The position numbers and the translations under genes were made by a program. Positions 14,727 through 23,443 of a stretch of 40,278 nucleotides of DNA are shown in pieces. The notes beneath the pieces are model-generated. The model saw only the letters and a list, made by a program, of their open reading frames with translations. It made no database searches and was not told the DNA's origin. The stretch covers positions 1 through 40,278 of IMG/VR virus record IMGVR_UViG_3300044477_000012; one strand, 5' to 3'. The DNA is from a virus (lineage: Duplodnaviria; Caudoviricetes). Position 1 is the stretch's first letter, and the number at the start of each line of letters is the position of its first letter.

Positions 14727-14918
14727 ATGAATACAGTAGAAGGCGGACACAAAGCCAAAGCTAAATTACTAGCAAGAGACCCAGATTATTATAAGAAAAT
14801 GGGCGCTATGTCCAGGAAAAAAGGAAATTATAAGACGGGTTTTGCACTTAACCCAGAACTCGCAAAAGTAGCCGGGAACAAGGGCAGAGCTAGTCGTAGA
14901 GCTAAAAAAATAGTATAA
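14727..14918 (+). CDS. KGG-motif (general-stress-like) small basic protein
   Basis: GG.KA.AK....DPDYYKKMG......GFALNPELAKVAG.KG. Confidence 0.75.
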   Translation: MNTVEGGHKAKAKLLARDPDYYKKMGAMSRKKGNYKTGFALNPELAKVAGNKGRASRRAKKIV

Positions 14919-14919
14919 T
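14914..14919 (+). promoter_or_regulatory. -10 element preceding a pseudoknot-shaped leader
   Basis: TATAAT 5 nt before stem AGTTGCC. Confidence 0.4.
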
Positions 14920-15001
14920 ATAGTAGTTGCCTAAGTTTAAAAACTATCCATAGCGCTCGCTGGCAACTCAGGTCTACACGATAAACTTAACAAAGGAATA
15001 G

Positions 15002-15094
15002 ATGAGTACACTAGATAAGTTTAAAATAGGATACGAATATGATAAAACACTCTCGAATATTAAATTAGATATTAAGAGACGCACAGAACGATGA
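15002..15094 (+). CDS. 30-aa mini-protein
   Basis: MSTLDKFKIGYEYDKTLSNIKLDIKRRTER; AAAGGA RBS. Confidence 0.45.
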   Translation: MSTLDKFKIGYEYDKTLSNIKLDIKRRTER

Positions 15095-15189
15095 CAATAA
15101 TATGGTTGATAATCTGGATTATACTAGGATGTCCATTAAACATATGGGCATTTCTAACTTTCATAATTGCAATCACTATTGATGACTAA
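15091..15189 (+). CDS. 32-aa hydrophobic peptide
   Basis: MTIIWLIIWIILGCPLNIWAFLTFIIAITIDD; ATGA overlap. Confidence 0.5.
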   Translation: MTIIWLIIWIILGCPLNIWAFLTFIIAITIDD

Positions 15190-15197
15190 ATTTCTTA

Positions 15198-15206
15198 TGC
15201 TATAAT
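15198..15206 (+). promoter_or_regulatory. Extended -10 promoter predicting a leaderless terS mRNA
   Basis: TGCTATAAT, 6 nt, then ATG 15213; no SD. Confidence 0.65.
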
Positions 15207-15212
15207 AAGTCT

Positions 15213-15698
15213 ATGAATAAAAGCGGTAGACCTACTCTTTTCTCACAAGAACTAGCTGATAGTATTTGTGAGCAATTAGCCTTAGGCTACTCAATGAGAA
15301 CTGTATGCGCAGAGAATAATATGCCAGCTATGTCCTCTGTTTTTAAATGGTTGAGAGAAAATAAGCAGTTCTCGGAGCAATACGCGCGTGCGAAACAGGA
15401 ATCAGCCGACGCTATGGCCGAGGATATATTAGATATAGCTGACGATGGCACAAATGACTGGATGGAAGTTGAACGCAAAGATGGGTCAACTTACAAGATT
15501 CCAGATAAAGAAGTGTTAGCAAGGTCTAGGCTTAGAGTGGATACACGTAAATGGTTAATGGCCAAGATGAAGCCTAAAGTCTATGGTGATAGGCTGGATA
15601 TGACAACTAATGGTAAAGATTTACCAACACCAATACTAGGTGGCTTATCACAACACGATAAACCACGTGATGATGGTATTGACATCATAACAGGTTAA
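15213..15698 (+). CDS. terS: Terminase small subunit (Sf6 gp1-like)
   Basis: GRPT.FSQELAD.ICE.LA.G.S.R...F..QYARA...I.DIADD...RLRVDTRKW...K..PK.YGD. Confidence 0.92.
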   Translation: MNKSGRPTLFSQELADSICEQLALGYSMRTVCAENNMPAMSSVFKWLRENKQFSEQYARAKQESADAMAEDILDIADDGTNDWMEVERKDGSTYKIPDKEVLARSRLRVDTRKWLMAKMKPKVYGDRLDMTTNGKDLPTPILGGLSQHDKPRDDGIDIITG

Positions 15699-15757
15699 AA
15701 TATTGCATAATAATATTATTTGATAACAAAAGTACGGCCTTATATAAGAATTGTCAA

Positions 15758-17032
15758 ATGAAATACATACCAACAACCGCTACTCACAAACTACTTGAAC
15801 TGCGTCGTAGCATACGCCTGGTAGCTGGTGGTACATCGGCTAGTAAGACTATTGGTATACTTCAAGTTCTAATAGATGAGGCCCAATCACGTCATAACTT
15901 ACTGATTGACGTAGTGTCAGAGACTATGCCACACATGAGAGGTGGAGCTATGCTCGACTTTGAGAATATTATGCGTGGTCAAGGCTATTGGAAAGATAGC
16001 CTGTGGAATAAAACACTAACTACCTACACGTTTGAAACTGGTACTAAAATACATTTCTTCTCGGCTGATGCTCCGTCAAAGGCTCATGGTCCAAGAAGGG
16101 ATATATTATTTATTAACGAGGGTAATAACATACCTTGGCCGATTGCTGATCACCTTATGGTAAGAACTAGAGAGACTATCTGGGTAGACTGGAATCCATC
16201 GTCGGAGTATTGGGCATATACTGAGATTATTAACAACGAATCATATAAAGATAAGTATGATTTCATCACCCTTACTTATATGGATAACGAAGCGTTAGAT
16301 GACACTACTATCCAAAGAATCGAAGCACACAGAAATAACAAGATGTGGTGGTTGGTATACGGTCTCGGACAATTGGGTGAGATAGAAGGCCGAATATTCA
16401 CAGGTTGGAATTGGATAGACGATATACCATTTGAAGCTAAACTAGTTAAGCGAGGACTAGATTTTGGGTTTACTAACGATCCTACCGGAATTATAGATGT
16501 TTATAAGTATAATGGTGGGTTTATATTTGACGAGAGATGTTACCAATACGGGATGTCAAACGAGGATATTGCCGAGTTTATAAAGTCATTGAATGAACCA
16601 GATAAGCTAGTGGTTGCTGATAGTTCTGAACCTAAAAGTATAGCGAGACTCAAAGTTCTAGGGATTAATATAGTCCCTGCGGTCAAAGGGACAGATTCGG
16701 TTAATAACGGTATTGACTTTATTCAATCTAATCCGATATCTGCCACTAAGCGTAGTTTGAACTTGAAAAAGGAATACGAAAGATATATATGGCTGACCGA
16801 TAGACTGACCGGAAAGTTCATTAACGAGGCTCCTGATGTAGATAATCACTTACTAGACCCTGCCAGGTACGCGCTAGAATCGTTTATGAATAAAGAATCG
16901 GTAGGTGGCAAAGTTATTAAGACGATAAACAGCCATAGAAGCGGTGTGCCTGTTCAATTTAACCCAGATGGGTCAATGAGATTAAACTTAGATTTTAGGA
17001 GGGCGTATGCCAAAAATCGCACCCCACGCTAA
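15758..17032 (+). CDS. terL: Terminase large subunit, PBSX family
   Basis: Walker A GGTSASKT, Walker B ILFINE, DWNP; nuclease motifs GLDFGFTNDPT, ADSSEPKSI, DNHLLD..RY. Confidence 0.95.
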   Translation: MKYIPTTATHKLLELRRSIRLVAGGTSASKTIGILQVLIDEAQSRHNLLIDVVSETMPHMRGGAMLDFENIMRGQGYWKDSLWNKTLTTYTFETGTKIHFFSADAPSKAHGPRRDILFINEGNNIPWPIADHLMVRTRETIWVDWNPSSEYWAYTEIINNESYKDKYDFITLTYMDNEALDDTTIQRIEAHRNNKMWWLVYGLGQLGEIEGRIFTGWNWIDDIPFEAKLVKRGLDFGFTNDPTGIIDVYKYNGGFIFDERCYQYGMSNEDIAEFIKSLNEPDKLVVADSSEPKSIARLKVLGINIVPAVKGTDSVNNGIDFIQSNPISATKRSLNLKKEYERYIWLTDRLTGKFINEAPDVDNHLLDPARYALESFMNKESVGGKVIKTINSHRSGVPVQFNPDGSMRLNLDFRRAYAKNRTPR

Positions 17033-17510
17033 TATATCAATACCTTTATCGTTAGGTTCTATAACTGGACTTCGCTATAAAACCATGCACTGCATTGAGT
17101 GTGGCGAACCAATCATTGAACGTAATAACGAGAAAATGCTTCGGGTAGGTTCAAATGATATGCCAGAGATAGCTCATGTCGGTGCAGACGGTTCTATTCC
17201 TTGTGTGTGTAGAAAATGCTCGCAAAAGTATTCCATAGTAGTTGCACTTAGCACGAAAATGAGTGCTAATGTAGGTATTCCTCTGTATATGCAACCACAG
17301 TCTATATTCATGATACCTGAACCAGTTAAAAGATTGCGCGACGTTTACTGCATGGAATGTGGAAAGGCATTTTATAGCATATCCGATAGGGTAAAGCTTG
17401 TTTCAGATAATACGATGCCAACCGAAATATTAGACCCCAACCGACTTGGGCCGATGGAGGTATGGTGCAAGTTTCATTACTGTAAACAACGCTGGAGCAT
17501 CATGGCATGA
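17007..17510 (+). CDS. Tandem double zinc-ribbon protein (Mu Com-like pattern)
   Basis: HCIECG...CVCRKC..KYSI repeated as YCMECG...WCKFHYC..RWSI. Confidence 0.65.
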   Translation: MPKIAPHANISIPLSLGSITGLRYKTMHCIECGEPIIERNNEKMLRVGSNDMPEIAHVGADGSIPCVCRKCSQKYSIVVALSTKMSANVGIPLYMQPQSIFMIPEPVKRLRDVYCMECGKAFYSISDRVKLVSDNTMPTEILDPNRLGPMEVWCKFHYCKQRWSIMA

Positions 17511-17707
17511 TAATCACCGAAGGCTCGTCGTGCAACGGTAAAAAGCAGTATCGCACATACCGAGAAGCCGAGAAGAGCATGATAAATCTAATAAGAAATA
17601 GAAAGGAGACATCGCTACACGTATATAGATGTAAATATTGTCAGACATTCCATGTTGGACACACTAATGATGTAAAGAAAGGTAAAAAATGTACAAACCA
17701 TATATAA
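17507..17707 (+). CDS. Small Cys/His zinc-binding phage protein
   Basis: C.GKKQY.T..EA...VYRCKYC..FHVGH. Confidence 0.7.
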   Translation: MIITEGSSCNGKKQYRTYREAEKSMINLIRNRKETSLHVYRCKYCQTFHVGHTNDVKKGKKCTNHI

Positions 17708-18000
17708 ATAAAGTTTTAGTAGAAATAGATGACCAAGACGCTGAGTGGGGCAAAAGCTCTGACGGAAATATTGGCGGCGAAGTCTACCGAGAGGGAAAAA
17801 TTATAGAAGGCGGACTTTTAATTGAGACACCCGATTATATTGCTAGCTTAGAAGAGGTCAACGAGGAGATATCTAAGTTAATAGGTAAACGTATCATATG
17901 GAACGAAGGTCATGAAGCTGGCACTGTATTTGAAGAAAACGGCAAGAAGTATGCGCTAATTTACTGGTGGGATATTATCGGAGTAAAAGATGACAAATAA
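17689..18000 (+). CDS. groES: Divergent co-chaperonin GroES
   Basis: KP..NKVLVE...EGKII..G...IGKRIIW...AGT.FEENGKKYALI...DIIG; upstream of groEL. Confidence 0.75.
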   Translation: MYKPYINKVLVEIDDQDAEWGKSSDGNIGGEVYREGKIIEGGLLIETPDYIASLEEVNEEISKLIGKRIIWNEGHEAGTVFEENGKKYALIYWWDIIGVKDDK

Positions 18001-18175
18001 AAAAGTCCGTAAGGTTGTCGTAAAGCCAAAAAAACCTAGCAATAAAATATACTTAGCAAATCTTATGGCGGTTTTAGGAAACGGTGATGTAGTCCACCTA
18101 GATACAATGAAGGTAGAAATAGTCGATAAATTAACAGGTAAGCCCTTATTCAAGGCGAAGGAAATTAAACAATGA
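17990..18175 (+). CDS. Small basic hypothetical protein between groES and groEL
   Basis: 61 aa; overlaps both neighbours; GGAG RBS. Confidence 0.6.
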   Translation: MTNKKVRKVVVKPKKPSNKIYLANLMAVLGNGDVVHLDTMKVEIVDKLTGKPLFKAKEIKQ

Positions 18176-19830
18176 ATCAAGATACGACTAAAGTAACGAC
18201 ATTTGGTAGCGATGCTCATAAGTCTATAAGACTGGGCATTGATACTATGTGCGACGCAATAAGCTCAACTTATGGCCCTGGTGGTCGCAACGTATTAATT
18301 AAGAAGCGATATGTTCACCCTATACTCACACGCGACGGTGTTACTGTCGCTAGAGATATAGCCGGTCATGGCAATAAACTCAAAGACCCTATTGCTACCG
18401 AAGCAGCCAAACTTGTCTATCAAGCAAGCGAAAAGACCAACAAGACTGCCGGAGATGGAACGACTGCCACTGTTGTGTTACTATCTGAACTATATAAGTC
18501 AGGTTATCAACGAGTAGTGTCCGGCCAAGACGCTATGCTAGTGAAAAAACAACTTGATAAGGATAGACTAAAAGTGGTTGAGTTCGTAAAGTCCAAGAGT
18601 ATCGAGTGTGATAAATCTAAACTCAATCAGGTGGCTACAATCTCAAGTGGCGATGACAACCTAGGTAAGATGATTAGTGATCTTGTCTACGATATAGGAT
18701 CAGACGGAGCAGTAACAATCGAATATCATAATGCGCCTCACGTAGAAGTTGAGAAGGTAACGGGATACCTATTCGGATCGGGATTTAAAAACCTAGCAAC
18801 GACTGTCGAATTTGAACAACCGATTGTATTTGTTACGCAAAAGAGAATGGCCGCCAAAGCGGATATAACACCTATATTAGAACTGGCGCAAAAGTCTCAA
18901 AAACAATTCGTCATTATTGGTGATGTAGCCGGTGCGGCCCTAGAAACTCTAGTATGGGCAATACAAAACCAGAAAGCAGATGGTCTTATTATCCCACCTG
19001 TTGCCTATGGTGCCGACGGTCATGATTACTTCGAGGATATTGCTATATACACAGGTGCTAGATTATGGCTGGAATCGGACAGCTTTAGTGGTGTTACACT
19101 AGATGACTTTGGGTCTGTCGAACGTTCGAGGATATCGCGCGATAAAGCAATACTATTTGGTCGATCCAGTATTACTCGTATAGTAAACGAGTCAGTAACT
19201 ACCGAGGTAAAACTAGACGATGGCACGATTAAAAACATAGAGACAGTCAGGCAAGTTCCCTGTGATATTAGCTTGACTGAGGCCATACAAGATCGCATTG
19301 GGACGATCCGCCAACAGATGAAAGGCGACATGACACCTGTCTTACAGGAAGTCCTTGAGACCAGACTAGCCAAGTTAGCCGGTAAGGTTTCTATTATTAA
19401 AGTCGGGGCTGCAACTGATGTTGAGAAAGAGGAACTATTCTTTAGAGTAGAAGACGCGGTAGAAGCTTGTAAATCTGCTCTATCTAGTGGAGTAGTAGCT
19501 GGCGGTGCGACAACATTATTATTCGCTAGTGAATTAGATGTCGATCCTTTTATTCGAGACTCGCTGCGTGGGCTATTCAAACTTTTGATGAATAATGCCG
19601 CAGAAGATGGTGGTTATCGCATGAATCAAGTGCTTAACGCTGGCTATGGAAAAGGCTTCAATTTACGTAATATGACTAAAGAACCGATTGATCTTCTAAA
19701 ATCTGGTATAGTTGACGCTACTAAAGTAGTGTTGCAGACTGTGGAAAACTCATTTAGTGTTGCTGGTGCATTACTAACTACTGGCACAGTAATAACCGAG
19801 GAAGTTCAAGATGAAGCCAATAAAAAATAA
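18172..19830 (+). CDS. groEL: Chaperonin GroEL (Cpn60)
   Basis: TYGPGGRNV, TRDGVTVA, AGDGTT, QVATISS, RLAKLAG.V.IIKVGAATDVE..E...RVEDA, GVVAGG, GIVD.TKV. Confidence 0.96.
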   Translation: MNQDTTKVTTFGSDAHKSIRLGIDTMCDAISSTYGPGGRNVLIKKRYVHPILTRDGVTVARDIAGHGNKLKDPIATEAAKLVYQASEKTNKTAGDGTTATVVLLSELYKSGYQRVVSGQDAMLVKKQLDKDRLKVVEFVKSKSIECDKSKLNQVATISSGDDNLGKMISDLVYDIGSDGAVTIEYHNAPHVEVEKVTGYLFGSGFKNLATTVEFEQPIVFVTQKRMAAKADITPILELAQKSQKQFVIIGDVAGAALETLVWAIQNQKADGLIIPPVAYGADGHDYFEDIAIYTGARLWLESDSFSGVTLDDFGSVERSRISRDKAILFGRSSITRIVNESVTTEVKLDDGTIKNIETVRQVPCDISLTEAIQDRIGTIRQQMKGDMTPVLQEVLETRLAKLAGKVSIIKVGAATDVEKEELFFRVEDAVEACKSALSSGVVAGGATTLLFASELDVDPFIRDSLRGLFKLLMNNAAEDGGYRMNQVLNAGYGKGFNLRNMTKEPIDLLKSGIVDATKVVLQTVENSFSVAGALLTTGTVITEEVQDEANKK

Positions 19831-20146
19831 ATTAGGATTTAGAAACATATATTATAATGGTATGCCAGTATTTAGTCCGAGTAAAAGTTTGAAAAGTATA
19901 ATACTTGATTTTAGAATAAGACTAGCAGATTGGCTGCGCCCAAAATCATCGAAATCAAACGAGGAAGTTGTTGAACATGATGTGTCTATGCATAATCGAG
20001 GACGAGTAGTTAAGGTTACAATACCAGCTGAATACGACCCGAAGATTCCATCTAAAAAAGGCGGTCATGTTGTAAAAATAATGCCAAAGAAGCTCAAAGA
20101 CATCAAGGAAGCTCAAAATAATGACGTGTCAATGCGGTCAGAATAA
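19811..20146 (+). CDS. Basic hypothetical protein
   Basis: 111 aa; internal repeat GRVVKV/GHVVKI, also seen at the TerL C-terminus (GGKVIK). Confidence 0.55.
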   Translation: MKPIKNKLGFRNIYYNGMPVFSPSKSLKSIILDFRIRLADWLRPKSSKSNEEVVEHDVSMHNRGRVVKVTIPAEYDPKIPSKKGGHVVKIMPKKLKDIKEAQNNDVSMRSE

Positions 20147-20405
20147 TACTGTTAGTGCAGTAGTTGACGGTGTTTATTACCCTGAGATATGTAAATCATG
20201 TCTAGCATCGATAAGTTCGGTATCCATAAGTTCTGGTTTACAGGGATATAATCGACGCAGAGACTACGAGGATAATGCGCAAGATACTGTGCAACCATAT
20301 GACGCTGGCGGCAACCCACGACCAGAGTTTTATAGGCTATATCCATCACAAGCCGAAAAAGTATTTACAAAATCTGAAATAGAACAAGTAAAAAGAAAGT
20401 TGTAG
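20121..20405 (+). CDS. Small Cys-containing protein upstream of the portal
   Basis: CQC...CKSC; AAGGA RBS. Confidence 0.65.
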   Translation: MTCQCGQNNTVSAVVDGVYYPEICKSCLASISSVSISSGLQGYNRRRDYEDNAQDTVQPYDAGGNPRPEFYRLYPSQAEKVFTKSEIEQVKRKL

Positions 20406-20407
20406 TG

Positions 20408-20467
20408 TGTTATAATAGTGCCAAGCAGCATTAACGGCTCTTGGCACTAAGCCAAGAGTTTTTATTT
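20408..20467 (+). promoter_or_regulatory. Late promoter + box + leader terminator (element A)
   Basis: TGTTATAAT-6 nt-AAGCAGCATTAAC-GGCTCTTGGC/GCCAAGAGTT-TTTATTT. Confidence 0.75.
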
Positions 20468-22414
20468 ATGAAAGATAATCAAACTAAACCACAATCATCA
20501 ATATTTACCTACGAACCCAACGACGATGACTGGGTAGCCTCACTTGATAATAAAATCAGTGAATCTAAAAGTTTTTGGGATTCTAAGTATAAACTAGAAG
20601 CTAAAACCAAAGAGAACGAAGAAATTTATTTAGGAACTAAAGAGCTTGAAGACGATTCGTCAAATCGTTGCTTAGATAACCGCATTTTTAGTTCAGTAAG
20701 GACGATCGTGCCTTATGTTACGAGCAGAATAACTGAGCCTCAGGTTATACCAAGTTCTAACGCAGAATCAGCTAAGAAATTTGCCGAGGACTTTGAGAAA
20801 GCTTTATATTACAAGGCCGATGACGAAAAAGTCCGAGATAAGATAAAATTTGCTCTTGAAGACGCTATTATTCGACGTAGGGGATATCTTAAACCACGCT
20901 ACGATGGAGCAACAGGTAACTTTTGCTCGATTGAATATGTGCCGGCTGAGTCGATAATTATAGACCATAAGTCTAAACCATACGAAGAACCACGATACTT
21001 TAGGCATTTACTCGATAAAACTACTAAAGATTTGCTAATAATGTTCCCCGATATGAAGGAACGTATATATAAGATATTTAACATTGATGATAATACTAGT
21101 GAGTATGAATTAGAAAAAAGTCATGTTATTAATGAGGACTGGTGCTTTGTTGCTGGTGAAGATGGACTAGACATTGTTGTTACTTGGAGCTACAACAAGA
21201 ACATCCTAGGCAAGATGCGCGACCCTAACTGGAATTATGAAGGTCAGAACTTCTTAAAGCAACATATGATGCCGTTGGTCTTTGTCAATGTCCTATCTGA
21301 TGGGCGAACATATATTGATAAGACATCATTTGTCGAGCAAGCTAAACTATCGCAAAAAAATGTCAACAAACGCAGTGAGCAAATTGACAAGAGTGCTGGT
21401 TTAGGAAATACCGGTATGCCAGTCGTGGATTCGGCTGCACTAGCTGATGACCAGTCTCAATACTTGTCATTTGACGAGGATACAGTGCTAGAACTTGAAG
21501 TGCCAGATGGGAAAAATATTGGCGATGTGTTCGATGTTTGGAAAGCTGGGCAGTTACCTAGTTCAGTCTATGAGGATAAACTTGACTCGCGTAATGCCAT
21601 AGATAACGCATTCGGCACTCCTAACGTATTCCGAGGCGAACAATCTAACGCTAATACCCTGGGACAAGATGTCTTAGTGAGAGACCAAGCTTTTGGTAGG
21701 CAACAAGAAATTGTTGACGCGATTGATAACGCTGCTGACAGACTATATAAGTTAATGGCTCAATTTCTACTTATTTACGGAAATGAGGAAGAATTATTTG
21801 AGTTTATTGGTGAAAACGGTCAATATGACTACGTCTTAATTCACAGCGATAACATAGATACTCGCGCAAAGATACGCGTAAAGTCAGGTACTTCAATGCC
21901 AATAGACCGCGCACAACGCCGTCAGACAGCCGATAAAGCCGCTAGTTATCAAATGATTGATCCGCTTACCTATTGGGAGATTATGGACGAAGCTAACGCC
22001 GAGAAGTATGCTAAACGTGTAGTTGAGTATACTGCTGATCCAGCGTCGTTCATGAAAGAAACTCAGGACGGAGTATTTAACCGAGACGCGTTTGTTGATA
22101 TTGAATTAATCAAACGTGGTGAACAACCTAAATTCCGCGATAGTTTACCTAAAGACTACTTTGATCACTTGAATAAATACATATTAAGTGGCGATTTAGA
22201 CAATCCTAGTATCGAGCCTGCAATTAAGCAAGCAATAGCTCAATTTATTGATGTACAATTAGCTCGCGGCGAAAAGATGTTAGGTATGGCAGAAACTCAA
22301 CTGCCAACCCCAGAAGAAGTCAATATGGCTAATCAACAGACTGACCAACTCAACCAGCAAGACCAAGCCTTAGCTGCTCAACAAGCTAAAATGACACAAA
22401 TGCCTGTAAAATAA
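20468..22414 (+). CDS. Portal protein (large, podovirus/P22-like)
   Basis: About 648 aa; between terminase and scaffold/capsid; Q-rich C-terminus; the TTG at 20441 lies inside the leader hairpin, so ATG 20468 is preferred. Confidence 0.8.
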   Translation: MKDNQTKPQSSIFTYEPNDDDWVASLDNKISESKSFWDSKYKLEAKTKENEEIYLGTKELEDDSSNRCLDNRIFSSVRTIVPYVTSRITEPQVIPSSNAESAKKFAEDFEKALYYKADDEKVRDKIKFALEDAIIRRRGYLKPRYDGATGNFCSIEYVPAESIIIDHKSKPYEEPRYFRHLLDKTTKDLLIMFPDMKERIYKIFNIDDNTSEYELEKSHVINEDWCFVAGEDGLDIVVTWSYNKNILGKMRDPNWNYEGQNFLKQHMMPLVFVNVLSDGRTYIDKTSFVEQAKLSQKNVNKRSEQIDKSAGLGNTGMPVVDSAALADDQSQYLSFDEDTVLELEVPDGKNIGDVFDVWKAGQLPSSVYEDKLDSRNAIDNAFGTPNVFRGEQSNANTLGQDVLVRDQAFGRQQEIVDAIDNAADRLYKLMAQFLLIYGNEEELFEFIGENGQYDYVLIHSDNIDTRAKIRVKSGTSMPIDRAQRRQTADKAASYQMIDPLTYWEIMDEANAEKYAKRVVEYTADPASFMKETQDGVFNRDAFVDIELIKRGEQPKFRDSLPKDYFDHLNKYILSGDLDNPSIEPAIKQAIAQFIDVQLARGEKMLGMAETQLPTPEEVNMANQQTDQLNQQDQALAAQQAKMTQMPVK

Positions 22415-22416
22415 GG

Positions 22417-22422
22417 TATAAT
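22417..22422 (+). promoter_or_regulatory. -10 element upstream of the scaffold gene (no leader terminator)
   Basis: Intergenic TATAAT followed by AAGGAG RBS. Confidence 0.5.
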
Positions 22423-22448
22423 GTAAATAGTAACTAAGGAGAATAAGC

Positions 22449-23306
22449 ATGAACGAAGATGGAACTCCGATAGAATCGGTAGATCAAGCACCTGATAATA
22501 CTAACGATAATGTAGCCGAATCTACTACATCGGAAGAAGTAGCTAAAATACTTCACCTTCCGCAAGCACCTAAGGTGGAAGAGAAACAAGATATTGAAGA
22601 TACCTCAGGCGACGAGGTGGAAAATAAACCAAACGACACTGAGGATAAGCCAGCTATTCCACCAGTAGTTGAAACTCCAGATAAACCGGTTGATACTCAA
22701 CCTACTGCCCAAGACGCGCCAACGTTTGAATTGAAAGTGGCTGACGCTAACGGCGAGGAATTTATCATTAAGCCAGACGATAATCTAGAGTCTGTATTAG
22801 AGAACTTTGAGCCTAAGAGTAACGGGCAAGTATTTGCAATATTAGAGCAAGTTCGTGAGTTAAAATCTCAAAAGGCACAGTATGACAAGGAGCAATCCGA
22901 CAAGATAGCCGAAACAGAAAAATCTAATAAGATGGCCGCTATACAAGAAGGTTGGGAGAAAGAAATCCAATCACTTCAAGGTGAGAAACGACTTGAAATT
23001 ACTACCGATGGTAAGCCAAGCGAACGTGTCAATAAGGTCTTTTCGTATATGGCTGAGGAAAACGACAAGCGGATTAAAGAAGGCCGACCATTGATCCAAA
23101 GCTTTGAAGACGCTCTTGACAAACTAGAACTCAAAGAAACAAAAGACGCTCAGGCGCAAAAAGCCAAAGATGACAAAGAACTAGCTAAGAAACGTGGCAG
23201 CATAGTTGGCGGCTCTAGTGCGCCGGCGACCAATGGATTACCAGTCTATAAAGGTGGTGCCAGGACCGCTAACGAAGCAATCGCTAGAATGGGCCTGATA
23301 AAATAG
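22449..23306 (+). CDS. Capsid scaffolding protein
   Basis: Acidic disordered N-terminus, coiled coil; between portal and capsid. Confidence 0.7.
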   Translation: MNEDGTPIESVDQAPDNTNDNVAESTTSEEVAKILHLPQAPKVEEKQDIEDTSGDEVENKPNDTEDKPAIPPVVETPDKPVDTQPTAQDAPTFELKVADANGEEFIIKPDDNLESVLENFEPKSNGQVFAILEQVRELKSQKAQYDKEQSDKIAETEKSNKMAAIQEGWEKEIQSLQGEKRLEITTDGKPSERVNKVFSYMAEENDKRIKEGRPLIQSFEDALDKLELKETKDAQAQKAKDDKELAKKRGSIVGGSSAPATNGLPVYKGGARTANEAIARMGLIK

Positions 23307-23327
23307 TATTTGTATTACATAGTTTTG

Positions 23328-23378
23328 TGGTATAATAAAAACAACGGAATTAACGTCCTACCTGAGAGGGCGTTTTTT
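23328..23378 (+). promoter_or_regulatory. Late promoter + box + leader terminator (element B)
   Basis: TGGTATAAT-6 nt-AACGGAATT-AACGTCCT/AGGGCGTT-TTTT. Confidence 0.7.
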
Positions 23379-23443
23379 CATGCTTAAATTCTCTTTTGGG
23401 TTAAAACGTTTTTGCCGATAATAACTTAAACGGAGTAATTATA

